Assembly (NCBI GenBank): GCA_021613535.1 | Contig: CP075492.1 | Location: forward strand, 18,848,001 to 18,912,000 | DNA from: Adineta vaga | Lineage: Eukaryota; Animalia; Rotifera | Direction: 5' to 3' | DNA length: 64,000 nt | Part shown: piece after piece, positions 1 through 12,848 of the stretch | Numbering within the stretch: position 1 is the first letter of the stretch | How the letters are laid out: the number at the start of each line of letters is the position of its first letter | The notes under the pieces: model-generated | What the model was told of the DNA's origin: nothing | The model's input: the letters and a program-made list of their open reading frames with translations, nothing else | Database searches by the model: none | Translations under genes and position numbers: made by a program

Positions 1-351
1 TCATTTTCTTCTTTAGCCATTTTTTCGAAATATTCATGATGTCCTAACGATTGAGAAAAATTATTTTAGAAAATAAACAAAATAAAAACGATTAATCGAT
101 TTCTTTTTACCTTTTAAAGCAACATCATAACGATCGAAATGATGTGCCATAGCCGTGTAAACATAACTAGCATATAATTCCAAATTAATTTGTCGATTGA
201 CTAAACCTTCATTATCTTCATGATAATTACTGAAAGAATAAAAAAAATAATCTCGAATATGAAAAATACTATTGTTATTAAATACATACTATCGAACGAG
301 ATTTTCGCGTGTTTGACTTGACGTAACCGAAGCTTGTTTTTCGACCGACAT
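1..351 (-). CDS. Ferritin (5' part; runs off window start)
   Basis: Spliced minus-strand exons 351-290, 229-111 and 43-<1, with GT-AG introns of 60 and 67 nt, give [89 protein letters not shown] is the ferritin helix A signature. Not in the ORF track. Confidence 0.93.
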
Positions 352-869
352 GCTTGAAACAATTGTTTATTTTTTTGTAATATTGTATATAACAAATTTC
401 TTGCGAGAAATAACAACGTTTGATAAACACAATTTGTAACGAACAGTCACTGCTGCTGCAAAACAAATTGACCAACTGAATGAGGAAAATAACGACGAGC
501 ATTTGTATTTATATGTAAAGATAAGTAAGAGAAAAAAAGCGAGCGAAAGAGAGAGAGTGAATAATCTAGAATTTATCTCATTTTTTTCTTCTTTGTGTAT
601 AATAAAAACACATCTCCTGTCGAATAGTATTACTTTTAGATCTGCTGATTGTATATATTTGTTTTGCGTATTTAATAAAATGTATCAAAACGAAACTGTC
701 AAAAGAACGTAACTAAAGGTCGTTTTGTTGCACGGTCACAATGATGATAAAAGTACATTGGAGGAGATAAGAGTCGACCCTGTAATAGAGCACTGTGAAA
801 CCGTTTTTTTTTTCATTCCGAAACTCGAATTATTCCTAGTCTTTTGAAAAAAATTTTTAGTTCACTTTG

Positions 870-930
870 GAGGGTGTGGGTGTGGACTATGATCACTTTC
901 ACGCTTATTCTTCCATACCCATACCTACCT
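870..930. repeat. Telomere-like palindromic intergenic element (copy)
   Basis: GAGGGTGTGGGTGTGGA, ~25 nt spacer, TCCATACCCATACCTACCT (degenerate inverted arm). Confidence 0.7.
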
Positions 931-1205
931 AACAGAAGACTAAGAAGCAAACATACAGTAAAATTACATCTTACTTTCACAGATATTATGAATAGTAAAG
1001 TGTTTTTTAAAGTATATAAGTGAAATATATGGAATATTAGATAATGGTATCATTAAGTGTTTGAAATCATTTTCAATGCACATCATCGAAGAAAATATTT
1101 TCTTTCAAAAATCTTTCATATAAAATTATAAACTCGATGTTCATTTTTCTATATTTAACTAACTCATAACAAGCAACACTTTGATTCATTAGAGAAAAAC
1201 AAATT

Positions 1206-2387
1206 ATGATGAAATATATCATTTCTATATTCTTTTTAATACATATTCATATCTTATATGCTGATTTAACATCAAGTATTGATTTATATAGAAATGGTTT
1301 CGATTTTATTCCAGCTAATGAAATAGAATACATTCGTACAGATTCATCAGTCATCTCTGAATTTACTTGTAGTCTATTATGTCATCAAGATCCTCAATGT
1401 CGTACATTCGTCTTTGATGAACCTGTCTGTCAACTTTATGAAGGTGTTTTGAACACGGGTTCTTTAGTTGCTGTTGCTTCAACAAGTCGTACTGTTGGTG
1501 AAATAAAATATGATAATATCGATGTAATGTATGGTTATAATAAATCATGTGATCATTGTTTTCCTGATCGATATCTTGTCTGTCGAAATAACACTTGTCA
1601 ATGTCCAGTAGATACGTTTTATGATAATCAAGGTAATTGTCGCAATCAACTCTATGTCGATTCAAAAATGACATGTGAAAATGATAATTGGTGTAATCAA
1701 AATCTTAATTTAACTTGTCAATGTGGTAAATGTCAATGTCCTTCGAAAACTTTCTGGAAGAATAAAACATGTATACCACAATATCTTGCGGGAATTTCTT
1801 GTAATACAAGTGATCAATGTCGCAATGATCTTAAACTTATTTGTTCACGACAAAACAAAACATGTATACGTATGTTTAGTCTATTGTTTTGTTTTGTTTT
1901 CCCTTAAAATACACTGATATTCTATTTAGCTATGACTGTTTTGAAAATACCTGTTATTGATGCCATTCTTCCTGCTAAATTCTCTAATTTTGATATGTCA
2001 TTTAACAGTTCAGGTGAAGAATGGTGGCGTGCTTTTGATAATAGTATTTATACGTATTGGAATAGATATGGTAATGATCATGTATTAGATTATGTATTTT
2101 TTACTTTTAATGATACATATTTACTTGATTCTTTACAATTAACTGTAGTTGGTGATGTTACACATGATCCAAAAATAATCGATGTTTATATCGATGAAAA
2201 TGGAACATGTTTTGGTCAATCATTCTCCTTTCCACAAGCTACAAGTAATTTCTATACATTTCCATCAAGTAATTTCAATACAAGTGTCAAACCATTAGCA
2301 ACAAATCATGTTTTACTTGTTATCGAACGATGGTCTATGTTTCAAACCTATATAGCAGAATTAACATTCTCCGGAGGTTTATATTAA
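1206..2387 (+). CDS. Secreted PAN/apple + EGF/EB-like Cys repeats + C-terminal F5/8 (discoidin)-like domain protein
   Basis: Signal peptide; CSLLCHQDPQCRTFVF PAN motif; Cys-rich repeats. Phase-1 intron 1870-1929 (gtatgt...ttag) joins ORF 1206 to ORF 1932 in frame. AFDNSIYTYW...IAELTFSG is discoidin-like. Confidence 0.8.
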
Positions 2388-2584
2388 CTAACAATGAAAA
2401 TGATTATTTATATTTGATCCATCATACAAATATTTCCTATTCATAACCATTATTTCAAAACTCATTCACGTCTTATTCAAGTAGACTTTTCGATGAATAA
2501 ATTTATAATTGAAATCTATTCTGTTTTATTAAAATCACTTGAAATTTTAGCGAATTTCTTGAATAAATGATGAAATATTCTCTG

Positions 2585-3548
2585 TTATTTTTTCCGTAAT
2601 CGATACTGTGCTGCAACATACAAGATAAAATAATAGAAGTTAGTGATAACCTAGAATTAATCAACATAAACTCACGAAGGTGGGCAATTACATAATGTTG
2701 CAATTCTTTCCGTGCATCAGAACTATGACCAATATCTTCGAAAGCATCTGAAGCATCAAGACCATTTTGTTCTCTGAGGACTTCTTCACCACCTGGGTGC
2801 TACGAACAGAAACGAGATTAGTTCGACATATCAAATCATCCAAACCTCATCAAGATATTTGGTCACATCATAAACTATATTGTTAATAACTATAATACAT
2901 CTGTCATGCTCTTCAGCCAATCGTTTAACTTCGGACATTGTCATCACCTTGGTATATTCTGAAGTATCTATTGGTATATATATATATATAATCTTTCTTT
3001 CTATTCGACATAAAATTCTACTTACTTGAAGTTGAAATTAAGGATCGATCGATGACTTTAATCATACGAATTGATGTAGACACTGTATCATCTTCTACAA
3101 TGTCGATTGTCAATGGTTCTTCCAACATCTGACGCATTTCTAATAATTTTTTGATCCATTCATCAAGTTCCTTTTCAGCATAATTATCTGAAGCTTGATT
3201 TGATTTGATTTTTTCAGTTAATTTACCAAGAGATTCCTTCAGATGATGCTTCGTATGATGAAACCATTTTTGTAAATCAGCCTGAGCTTGTTTTGCCGTG
3301 TCTTCGATTTGTTTTAATGACTTTTGCTTCCAATCTTCAATATATGAAGTTAGTTCAAAGGGAGGATTTTCTCTTTGAAGATATTCCTGTAATTCATCAT
3401 GTTGTTGCCCAATTTCATCCATTCGTGTAATTAGTTCCTGTCGATGTTTCTGAAAATGATTGATACAATATTGTTTCCCACAACCGGTGCATTTAGCTAC
3501 TCCTTTTTGACATTCTTTACAAGGCGACTGTGATATAGATGAAGCCAT
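2585..3548 (-). CDS. B-box-like Zn finger/coiled-coil protein fused to a cytochrome b5 heme-binding domain
   Basis: Exon 3548-3026 ([26 protein letters not shown] + coiled coil); intron 3025-2968; exon 2967-2846 (..[17 protein letters not shown]); intron 2845-2800; exon from 2799 ([33 protein letters not shown]). A probable last intron 2675-2611 gives the ending PQYRLRKK*. Confidence 0.85.
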
Positions 3549-3710
3549 ATTTCGGTCGTAAAACTGAATTATGATACTTTTATGTTGAAAATAGTGCTTT
3601 ATTTATTATTTACTTACAGGTATAAATTTTCAAAAACGAACGTATGACACGTGGTAATACAAAAAAAGATACTTTTTTTTATACTCTCACACTTTTCATG
3701 AATAATCATA

Positions 3711-6185
3711 TTATGGAAAGGGTAAAGTTATTTCTTGAGAATCATTACGTACAGTAGTGATGACTTGTCGATTCGTTGCATCGTCAACTAATGCATCCCA
3801 ATGAGAATTTTGCTCCGCTAACCAAGTTAAATTTCCAAAGATATATAAAGCACGTTTTGCTCTTGTCAACATAACATTTAAACGATGTTCATCGCTTAAA
3901 AATCCAATGGTTTCACCACTTCTGACGCATGATATTAGAACAATATCTTGTTCTTTTCCTTGTGCACTATCAACAGTCAAAACTTCTATATGTCGTGGAA
4001 ATTTAAGTTTTGAATTACGAAATTTGTTCATTTGAGCCTTGTATGGTGTGATAACAACGATACGTTTTTCCATTTCAATGAATTCTTGATCACTTTCATC
4101 ATATGGCTGTCGATCAACAAGATGTTCAAGTAATTTCACACAGAAATTTTTAATAAAGTTTCGCTCTTCTTTATTACTAGATGATCCGCCATTAGGTGGA
4201 CATGTATGACGAGTATATGTCAGATCGTATAAATAATAAGGTTCTAATCGATAATCAGGCCAATAATTCATAACACTCTCGTCTGTTTCGAGTTGACTTT
4301 CATAGAAATGCGTATTTGGAAAGTGGCATATTTCTTTATGCATACGATATTGTTTAGTGAGCATACTAATATTTTCCGAAGGAATTAGATCATAAAGTCT
4401 CTTATAGAGAGATTGTGAAAGATTATATTTTTGACCAACAGGACTGAGAACACATGGAGGAAGTTGTTTAGGATCACCGACAAGTATAATCTTTGAACAA
4501 CCAAAATAAAATGGTAATAAACAATCAGCTTCAAGACTTTGACAGGCTGTGAGAGTTAGTAAATAAAGATATTTTGAAAAATAAATAAACATTAAAAGTT
4601 TCTACCTTCATCAATAATGATAAATTCAACATTTTGTTGTTTTTTCATTGATAGAAGTGTGTTATTAGCTGAGTAATTTAATGTTGAAACAATAACTTTT
4701 GCTTTCTTCAAAATATCTTCTTTGATCGAATCTGTTGTTTGGTATGATATTGCTTCTCGATTCTGCGTCATTCGAACTAATTGTTGCATAATTAATGATT
4801 CAAGAAAATATTCACAAACATCATGGTCAAGTGGTGCTTCACGACCAACTCGTACCAGTTTTCCTTTTCTGTCATTTAGTTTCAGTTCATTGAAAATTCG
4901 TTTGAACAACTCATCACAAGCATTATTTGATGGTGCACAAAGAAGAATCTTTTTGTTTCTTTTCAACAGTGGCATCAATGCAATGACAATACCAGCGATT
5001 GTTTTACTTTTTCCAGTACCTAAATATAGAAATATTCAATAATTTTCCCGACAATAAGCTCTATATAACCTGGTGGACCATGAACAAGATGTAAATGACT
5101 ATGCTTTTCTTCTCTAAACATATGTATTGCATACTTGATCACGTTTATTTGATTATCATTAAAATCTCCAATAATGTTTGGTAAATCATTTGGAATATTA
5201 TCATATTGAAAAAAGGGATCCATATCTGTTGGCATTAGTAAATTTTCCTGTTCCGTAAACTTCTCCAAATTACAAATAGCACTAATTTGTCTTCGAATTG
5301 ATGTGATATTGCTCAATTTAAGGACAGAAACTTCTAATTGTGAATTATTACACTTTTTAGTAATGGCATTGGAACACTTTTTTGAAACATATAAGACTAT
5401 ATCAGACTTGATATTGATGATCTGTTTATCTAATATCGTGTTCATATTTTCTGGCCATTGATCAAATACGTGAACAATAACGGCAAAGAAACTTTGTTTT
5501 TGACCGAAATTCTTAATGTTAATCAAAACAATATCTCCTAAACCGAGTTTGGGAAATACTCGAGTAAATGAAAGATCAGTTTCAAAAGAATATGATCCAA
5601 ATATTAGAGTTGTTTTAATACATGTTTCAGATGAATAAGTTGATTCATACTTTATAATTTGGATGTTAATATCACCATCTCTATTGAATAATTCACTAGA
5701 TAGCAATGATTTAACGTCTTTTTTTATATTTTCCCATAATTCGTGATAGAGAAGAGGTACAAAGCATTTTTCATAACGTTCTTGTCCTTTTTCTACATCA
5801 AAATCAAGTCCAGATTGTAAACTATCTACAATAGAAAACTTTCAACTGTTCACATCAATTTTTTCTAGCGAATCTTACCAAATATGAGTGGCACTGTCAA
5901 CAATGGTTCAGGTGTCACAGTTTTCATCGCAAAGCTTTCTATTAATTGATTAGGTATCCATCGAGTAACAATGCGATCAAATAGAATTCGAATGCTGTTA
6001 TGAACTTTATTAGACCAAAGAGATCGCTCCATCTCCAAATCTGATCTATTATGTTCGAAAAGGTATAAACCTGTTATAGCTCGTCTTTTGAATGTACTCA
6101 AAATGCGCGCCTTCATCCATAAATGACCATTCTGCGGATCGTCAGATTTTGATTGAAACCATGTTTTAGCTTTGTAATCATCCAT
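3711..6185 (-). CDS. SEN1/UPF1-like (DNA2/NAM7) superfamily 1 helicase
   Basis: Four exons (6185-5879, 5825-5070, 5019-4606, 4546-3711) joined by 50-59 nt phase-1 introns restore Walker A HGPPGTGKS and Walker B IIIDEACQ. Also has ILVGDPKQLPP, QYRMH, TVDSAQGKE and RLNVMLTRAK. Confidence 0.93.
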
Positions 6186-6607
6186 TGTTTTTAATCACAA
6201 TAAAGTAACTAAAATAATTTTAAAATGTAAATGTTACATAGCACACGTTTCTACCCCATAGAAACGAGCGAAGTAAACACTCATTCATTTATTTATGATA
6301 GACAATTTTTTTCCCGTTCTGTTATATATAACTGGACACGTTGTCTACGAGCGATTTGTTATTCCTACTTTATTTTCTCGCATCTATTAAGAGCGTAAAA
6401 ATTATATATATTTTTAACAAATCAGTAAACGGAAGGGAAAAAAGTAATTATTACTAGTATAAAACTTTTCATGTTTCATTCGTTTGAGAAAATGATGTAT
6501 GTTTTATACTAATAGATTTTATCGATATTTTTGAGTTTTTGGTCCATATCTTGGTTTAAATTTGTTTATTTTCAATTGTTTTAAAATCATCTAAATCATA
6601 TTCATTT

Positions 6608-7009
6608 TTAGTTAACTCGACGATAGACAAGTCGTTGTTTTTCATCTTTGTTTATCATTGGATTTAATAAACGAAGATTTTGTTCATCGAGATGTGGTGA
6701 TGGAAATAAATCTATACAAAGATAATCAATTAGTTGAAGAACATCGAGAATATTCTCAGTTTTTGATAATTCATTAAATAAAATATATGCTTGTTCAGTA
6801 TTTAATGAATTTAGAATTGGAATAAACCATTTATAAGAAACTGGATAATGTAAAAGATATTCATTATGATCATTTTCAATTGATAAGAAATTATTTTTAT
6901 GTTCTACCAGTGTGAATGACAATGGAATACGAGAAAGTTCTTCTTTAGTTAAATAAATCAATTTATTTGAAGGTTTAAAACGAAACTTATAGAGAATTTG
7001 TTCATTCAT
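6608..7009 (-). CDS. Hypothetical protein, possibly BTB/POZ-like N-terminus, likely truncated
   Basis: 133-aa ORF with protein-like composition; the C-terminal LLQLIDYLCI-like helix is reminiscent of BTB folds. Ends abruptly. Confidence 0.35.
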   Translation of the reverse strand: MNEQILYKFRFKPSNKLIYLTKEELSRIPLSFTLVEHKNNFLSIENDHNEYLLHYPVSYKWFIPILNSLNTEQAYILFNELSKTENILDVLQLIDYLCIDLFPSPHLDEQNLRLLNPMINKDEKQRLVYRRVN

Positions 7010-7249
7010 TTTTAAGATTATTTGTTCTTTCTTTTCTTTACACTATGTCAACGATGAATGATTATGAATTATATTCTTGTTTTTTTCCTACATATTGTTA
7101 TTATTCACTTGTTAACACATCTACAAGTTTGTCTTGTATCTATAGTGGTTATTTATTACTTATATGAATGTAGTACTTAGTCGTTCTTCATTTCAAATAC
7201 TTTAACATTTGAATCATTAACATTAAATGATCACAATGGTAATAAATAT

Positions 7250-7356
7250 ACCACACCCACATCCTCAACGTGGGTGTGGGTGAGGGTGTCAGTGTAGATA
7301 CTGATATCTATCGTTCGCTTGCGCACATCCACACCCACACCCACCCACACCCTCAA
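7250..7356. repeat. Telomere-like palindromic element (composite copy: orphan C-arm + full element)
   Basis: ACCACACCCACATCCTCAA, then TGGGTGTGGGTGAGGGTGTCAGTGTAG-ATACTGATATCTATCGTTCGCTTGCG-CACATCCACACCCACACCCACCCACACCCTCAA. Confidence 0.85.
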
Positions 7357-7873
7357 TTAAACATTAATAGAGGAAAAACCTCTACAAATACTTAAATCTT
7401 ATCTCTAACATGATCTATGCTGCTGTAAAAATACTTCTATTACTATCAATCAAAGCTATCCATGAATGAGTATTAAATTCTTACAAAGATCACTAAATGA
7501 CATATATCAATCAGATTAATCACATCATGCTGAACTGCTAACGGCATATATATATTGAAATCTGAGTCAAATCCATTATCTTTGATTTATTATCTATCAC
7601 AAGGTAATTAAATGTCAATCAGTATCATAGCCATTTCTTGTACACAGGCACAAATCTAAAACTTTAACCAACAGTTGTCCCATAGGCCCATGTTTCACGG
7701 TTTCCGGAACCTCTTCCAATGGGCCATCTTTTCTATTGAAGTGCCAATCTAGTTGATTAGTTTTACGTAGATGACGTTGTACTATGCAAGAGTTTTCTAA
7801 ATGAATGGAAATTATAATAAGAAGAGAACTTTTTAATGAAATTTTGTTAGGTACTTATTAAATCGTGCAATAT

Positions 7874-8087
7874 CCCAGATGATTCAATCCTGCCGCTGGG
7901 TTCTACCCGAAATGATCGGATCTAATATCGAGTTGCATCGTAAAAAATATGATAGTTTCCTGTCGATTTCGCTAATTAGATACTATCGTAATCGCCCGAA
8001 TCCTCCTCATGAAAAGCGCTGGATAACACTGGATCACCTAACAGATCTCCTTGGAAACTGTCGGAACTCATGAACTTCTCACTGTGA
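7874..8087. mobile_element. Degenerate MITE-like remnant
   Basis: GC-richer island starting CCCAG, with GATC/CGGA motifs similar in style to the MITE at 63621; right terminus unclear. Confidence 0.3.
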
Positions 8088-8379
8088 AACGCAAAGCGAA
8101 TTATTCTGTGAGTATTCATTCATGTCTTTTTAATCTCGCAAAGCAGCTTCTTCATCTGCTTAATTACATTAAATAGTAGTATTTGTTCATTCACCAGATC
8201 CTTCTGATTGATTACAGATGTTCTATTAATAGAATAATCTGATCGGAATTTAATGAATCCGATAAGCTGATGTGAACGAAAAAAGTGACTATGTGACAGG
8301 TGTGACTCGTATTTCTTCCATTTCTAGTATGAGTGAAAGCTAATCTATTTATCTGTTCATTGTATTTCTAGCAGACATT

Positions 8380-8952
8380 TTATTTCGAAAGCCAATTACA
8401 AAATATATTAATAAGAAATATTTGGAATCTATTGAGAAAAAACTCCGAATGACTTTCGGCGTAACGCATCAAGACGAACAAAAGTATTTTGATCACGATC
8501 ATAGATACGTAAAACATATGGTACAGTTCGAAAAAACTTATCAGATTTTGACAACAATATTGAGGAAGACTAAAAATTAAGATGAGTGGAATCATTGAAG
8601 CTTCGATTAACCAACGAAGAAAATTAAGATATGTTAACGTGTAGTTGATATTGATCATTTGAAGCCATGTGTAGAGGAGAGCAATACATACATAAATAAA
8701 TATCAATTTCATTTCTTTTTTCAATACAATAATTGATAATGAATATCTATCTAAATGACATATGTACAACCAATGACTCTCCATCACATCGTTTATACGA
8801 TCCAAATGACAGTAGAAGAATGATATCGCTATAAAAAAAAACATTAGTAAAAAAGGACACAGAAGTAAAGCTTCAATTGCATGTGTTATGATGAAATGAA
8901 TGATAAGCCCAATTTTCATATTAAAAACACAGAGCATTTGTTTAGATCCCAC
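8380..8952 (-). CDS. Multi-pass membrane hypothetical protein (possibly a 5'-decayed fragment)
   Basis: 190-codon ORF with ~5 hydrophobic segments and a GTG start; upstream sequence looks like decayed coding DNA. Confidence 0.4.
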   Translation of the reverse strand: MGSKQMLCVFNMKIGLIIHFIITHAIEALLLCPFLLMFFFIAISFFYCHLDRINDVMESHWLYICHLDRYSLSIIVLKKEMKLIFIYVCIALLYTWLQMININYTLTYLNFLRWLIEASMIPLILIFSLPQYCCQNLISFFELYHMFYVSMIVIKILLFVLMRYAESHSEFFLNRFQIFLINIFCNWLSK

Positions 8953-9921
8953 TTCAAATGATTGATTTGCTAATAAAAAAAATTTTCATTGATCGATAAC
9001 ATTTTATAAATAATAATAAGATAATTGGCCCTAAAGATAATTCTATTTATCATACTCAATATTCTCTATATAAGAGAAATAATCGCATATGAAAACACGT
9101 CCGTCGTCTATTTCACATATTCAATGTTGCCTTAGAGGTCAAACAAATAGAGAAAAATAAAATAAATTGAATTAATGAATATGATTGGTGTTGCTATGTG
9201 GAAACATCAATCACATTCCTCAACTCAGCTGTATCTTTTCGAATGTGGTTGATCCTCTTATAGTTTTATTTGTCTCTCCTCATTCACCAATGTACTGAAG
9301 ATACACGAAAAATGATTGATCGATGTGTTGCTTGAATAAAATAAAATAATGTATTGAAATTGATTTTATAATTACATGGATGATTGTTTAGATAAAAAAG
9401 TTCAACATCATATCAAACATTGACATCAACACCAGTAAGTGAGTTTTTTTGATCAAATTCAATTGAAATTTAATTTTGTTTTTTTAGTTTCATCAACAAT
9501 AAATATTCTTTTAACAAATATTTCTCAAAATGAATTCATCTAGTAAGTCAGAAAATGGATTCTTTTTTTTCAAATTTGATCTTGAAAAGATTTTTTGAAT
9601 TCAAAAAATAAGCAAAACTATTTCATTCTCAACTTATTTCGATTTTCAAAAAATGAATTTTTTACTGAAGAAACAAAGGAGTTTTATTCTGAGATATATT
9701 TTCATGTATGAATAACTCCTGTCACTAGTTGTTCAACAAGTTTCTAGTAATACATCACCGTAATCATTTCGTTTGCTTCAATCGGCTGAATTTGAGATGT
9801 CGTATGTTCGGTAGTTATTTCGTTTGTATTTTCTTAGTTAGTTGAATATGGATACATTAAACATCAAACATTCGTAATGATATAGAGGAAGTACATTATC
9901 AAGTTCACCTGGATTAAGCGC

Positions 9922-9983
9922 TGAGGGTGTGGGTGTAGATACTGATATCTATCGTTCGCTTGCGCACATCCACAATCACACCC
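9922..9983. repeat. Telomere-like palindromic element (same spacer as the 7281-7356 copy)
   Basis: TGAGGGTGTGGGTGTAG-ATACTGATATCTATCGTTCGCTTGCG-CACATCCACAATCACACCC. Confidence 0.85.
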
Positions 9984-11554
9984 GATAGAATCCATTTTTC
10001 TACGATCTATTCTCGGTAACCGATTTAAAAACACTAAGAAGACGTATCTGTAAATCTTGTAATGTACATTTTTAATATACCTTCATTTGCTCTTTTCAAA
10101 AGTGAAAAATACAGGTTTGTATATTGTTTTTATGGAGAATTACATGAAAAGTACGATATGCAGTCACTTTGTCGTTGGTAGTAAGATTATATGGATGGGT
10201 TGCAGTTAAATTAGTGCCAGGATTGCCATCTGTATCTATATATAGATGAACGATCCTTCTTCTCTTCTTTCTTTCTTGTTCTTCGTTCTAAAGGTGGTGT
10301 TTTTGTGTTCGTTTTTCTAGTCACTTGTTGTTGTCGTTTTCTTCTTATGAAATAAAGATGATCGAAAGACTAAAAATTATATCCTTGTCTGCTTTATTCA
10401 TTCTTATTAGCAATCGTAAGAGCCGGGATCCTAACAATCAGAACTTCAAGGGAAAATTGTGATACAAATCATTGATTGGTAAATATGCTTAGCGATCGCG
10501 TCGTTTATCATGATCGATTATACATAACTACTTGAACATCCTAGTATCAGAAGTTTTGAAGAACATATTGTCAACATTGATCAACAGTAGATGAGATATG
10601 TTAGAGATGAGTTGGTTTCTGTCATTAGTTTGTTTGCAAGAAAGATCACTGTATCAACAACGATGTAGAACATTTTTCAAAGATGAAATTAGTGAGCTCC
10701 TACAGAGTAACGAATTCTGGTATATATTTGGGTTGCGCATAACATTGTGAAAGTGAAATTATTGCTTACATATACATCACTTCAAACGAAATATTCTGAA
10801 TAAGAGTTGTCCTTGTTAATCGGCCTTTAGTATACCGCTAGATCTGAGGATTTCAAATTAACGGAAGTTTATAAATTAAAAGCGAACGGAAAAGAATTTA
10901 TCTAAATTAGTTGCACTGGTGCTGAACGACGTACTTTCTATTCCTTACTTTTCTGTTAACATGATTTGGTATTTACCGTTCATATGCATTATTCAACTGA
11001 GTTTGTAACAAAAACTAATTTTAATGTAAATACCTCATTTGAATCAACGATTCATGATCAGGAAAAACAATAAGAAAGAAAAAACCAAAACTTTTTTTGG
11101 AACTGATAGATTTATATTCATTTCAATTTGTGTTCTTTTCTATATTGTTTGTTGATAAAAGATGAAATTCTGCCACATACACACATACACCAGAGAATCT
11201 TAAACAACTCATCACCTATACAAGTAGATCAAGCAATGATTTCTATACGTATTACTGAATTCCATAGAAATTCTTTGATTGTTAATTATTCGCATGACAG
11301 AAATGAATGATAATGCTTATAGATGATCACAATATTTTTTTCATACATCAGTTTTCTGAAATACATTTTGTGAAAGATTCCATTTTTGTTTATAATATAT
11401 CCCTCGCTATAGCTGTATTATTTAATAAATAAACTGTAGTTTTCTTAACTTTTTCACATTTATCTGACTAAAATTCTTCTTGAAAATGGTTCTATGATAA
11501 AATAATCTAATCAATCAAGTCTTTGCTCAAAATCTAATGAATATCAATAAATAC

Positions 11555-11724
11555 CCGGACAATTTATACCTTGTCCAACTAAATATCCAATTTGTAAAGA
11601 ATATTTTGAAGAGACGAATTTATTGGAACATTTATCTAGATGTTATCACCGAAGAATTAATCAATTGAATGCAATAAGCATATCATCTGATAGCAATATA
11701 AAAAACGATATTTTAGATAATTAA
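11555..11724 (+). pseudogene. Decayed zinc-finger-like coding remnant
   Basis: Reads GQFIPCPTKYPICKEYFEETNLLEHLSRCYHRRINQ (C..C..H...C spacing), with an in-frame stop just upstream. Confidence 0.3.
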
Positions 11725-12848
11725 TGAATGATTAAAATTCGATATCATCTTTGCCAAGTTTCTTGATATATCTCACTTCATCTCAACGATAGTAAAAGAA
11801 AAAAAATTGTACTCATTTCTCTTATTTATTCATGATGTTAAAATTTGGTTTCTTGAATTGATCAAGAATGCTATTTTTTATGTGTTCGATGCTAATATGT
11901 GATATCGTATTAACCATAGCAAGTATTTTCGGTATCTATATTGGTCTTTTTCAATTGATCGAACATACAAATATTTGGGATCAATTTGTGTGATATTAAA
12001 AACTCTCTCTCTAACGTTTGGAAATTTTATATTTATTCAATCGTTTTCTGATTGCATGATTATTTTCTATTTTATGATATTTAGTTTTCTTCAAGTATTA
12101 TATTGAACATAATTGTTGATTGTCTCAGTCTGTTTATAATAAAATTAATCCTTTCATCTATTTGTTTTTATTAACCATCAATTCATAAAAGTACTTTCTA
12201 AACTTAATCTATATTAAATAAAATCGAATCCACTGCTTTTCTCTTTTTTTTAATATACAAACTCAGAAAGATTAATCTGAAAGAAAATTTTGCTGATTCA
12301 ACTATCCAATTGCATAAAATAAAGGGCGATGAGTAGTAATAGGAAGAAGCATATAGTGAAAAAATTTCCAACATACATAGGTAATTAATCTGTTATTTTT
12401 TTTGTCATCGATTGATGACGACTATTATCTGTACGTTTAGTTACATATTAGTCAATATGATTTATTAAAAATCACATGGTTGGTTATTTCCTTTTGGTTA
12501 TGAATGGGAAGCTTTACCTGTAATAACTCAATACTATCTTTGGATTGTGACGAAACGGAGCTGAAATTTTATATTGAGATTTTCACAAACATGAATAAGC
12601 ACTTGTAGAAATAACATTTGACTAATATTATTTCACAAAACTATGAAATTATGCATGATTATTAACATGTATATAAACAAAATCAGTTTCTAATACGATC
12701 ATTCTTGATTAGATAGGGTAAAGATTAACTTCCAAACTTTTCGCTACATTTTATTATTTTCCCTTCTTTTTTTATAATCTCTAACAAAGTTTCGTCCAGT
12801 TTTTTCATCAACACTTTGTAATTTTTTGTTGTAGATCGATAGCGTCAT

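Noticed and set aside
9700-10250. Possible decayed coding sequence interrupted by the 9922 palindrome
   Set aside because: Only short protein-like stretches with many stops; no family can be assigned and insertion cannot be shown.
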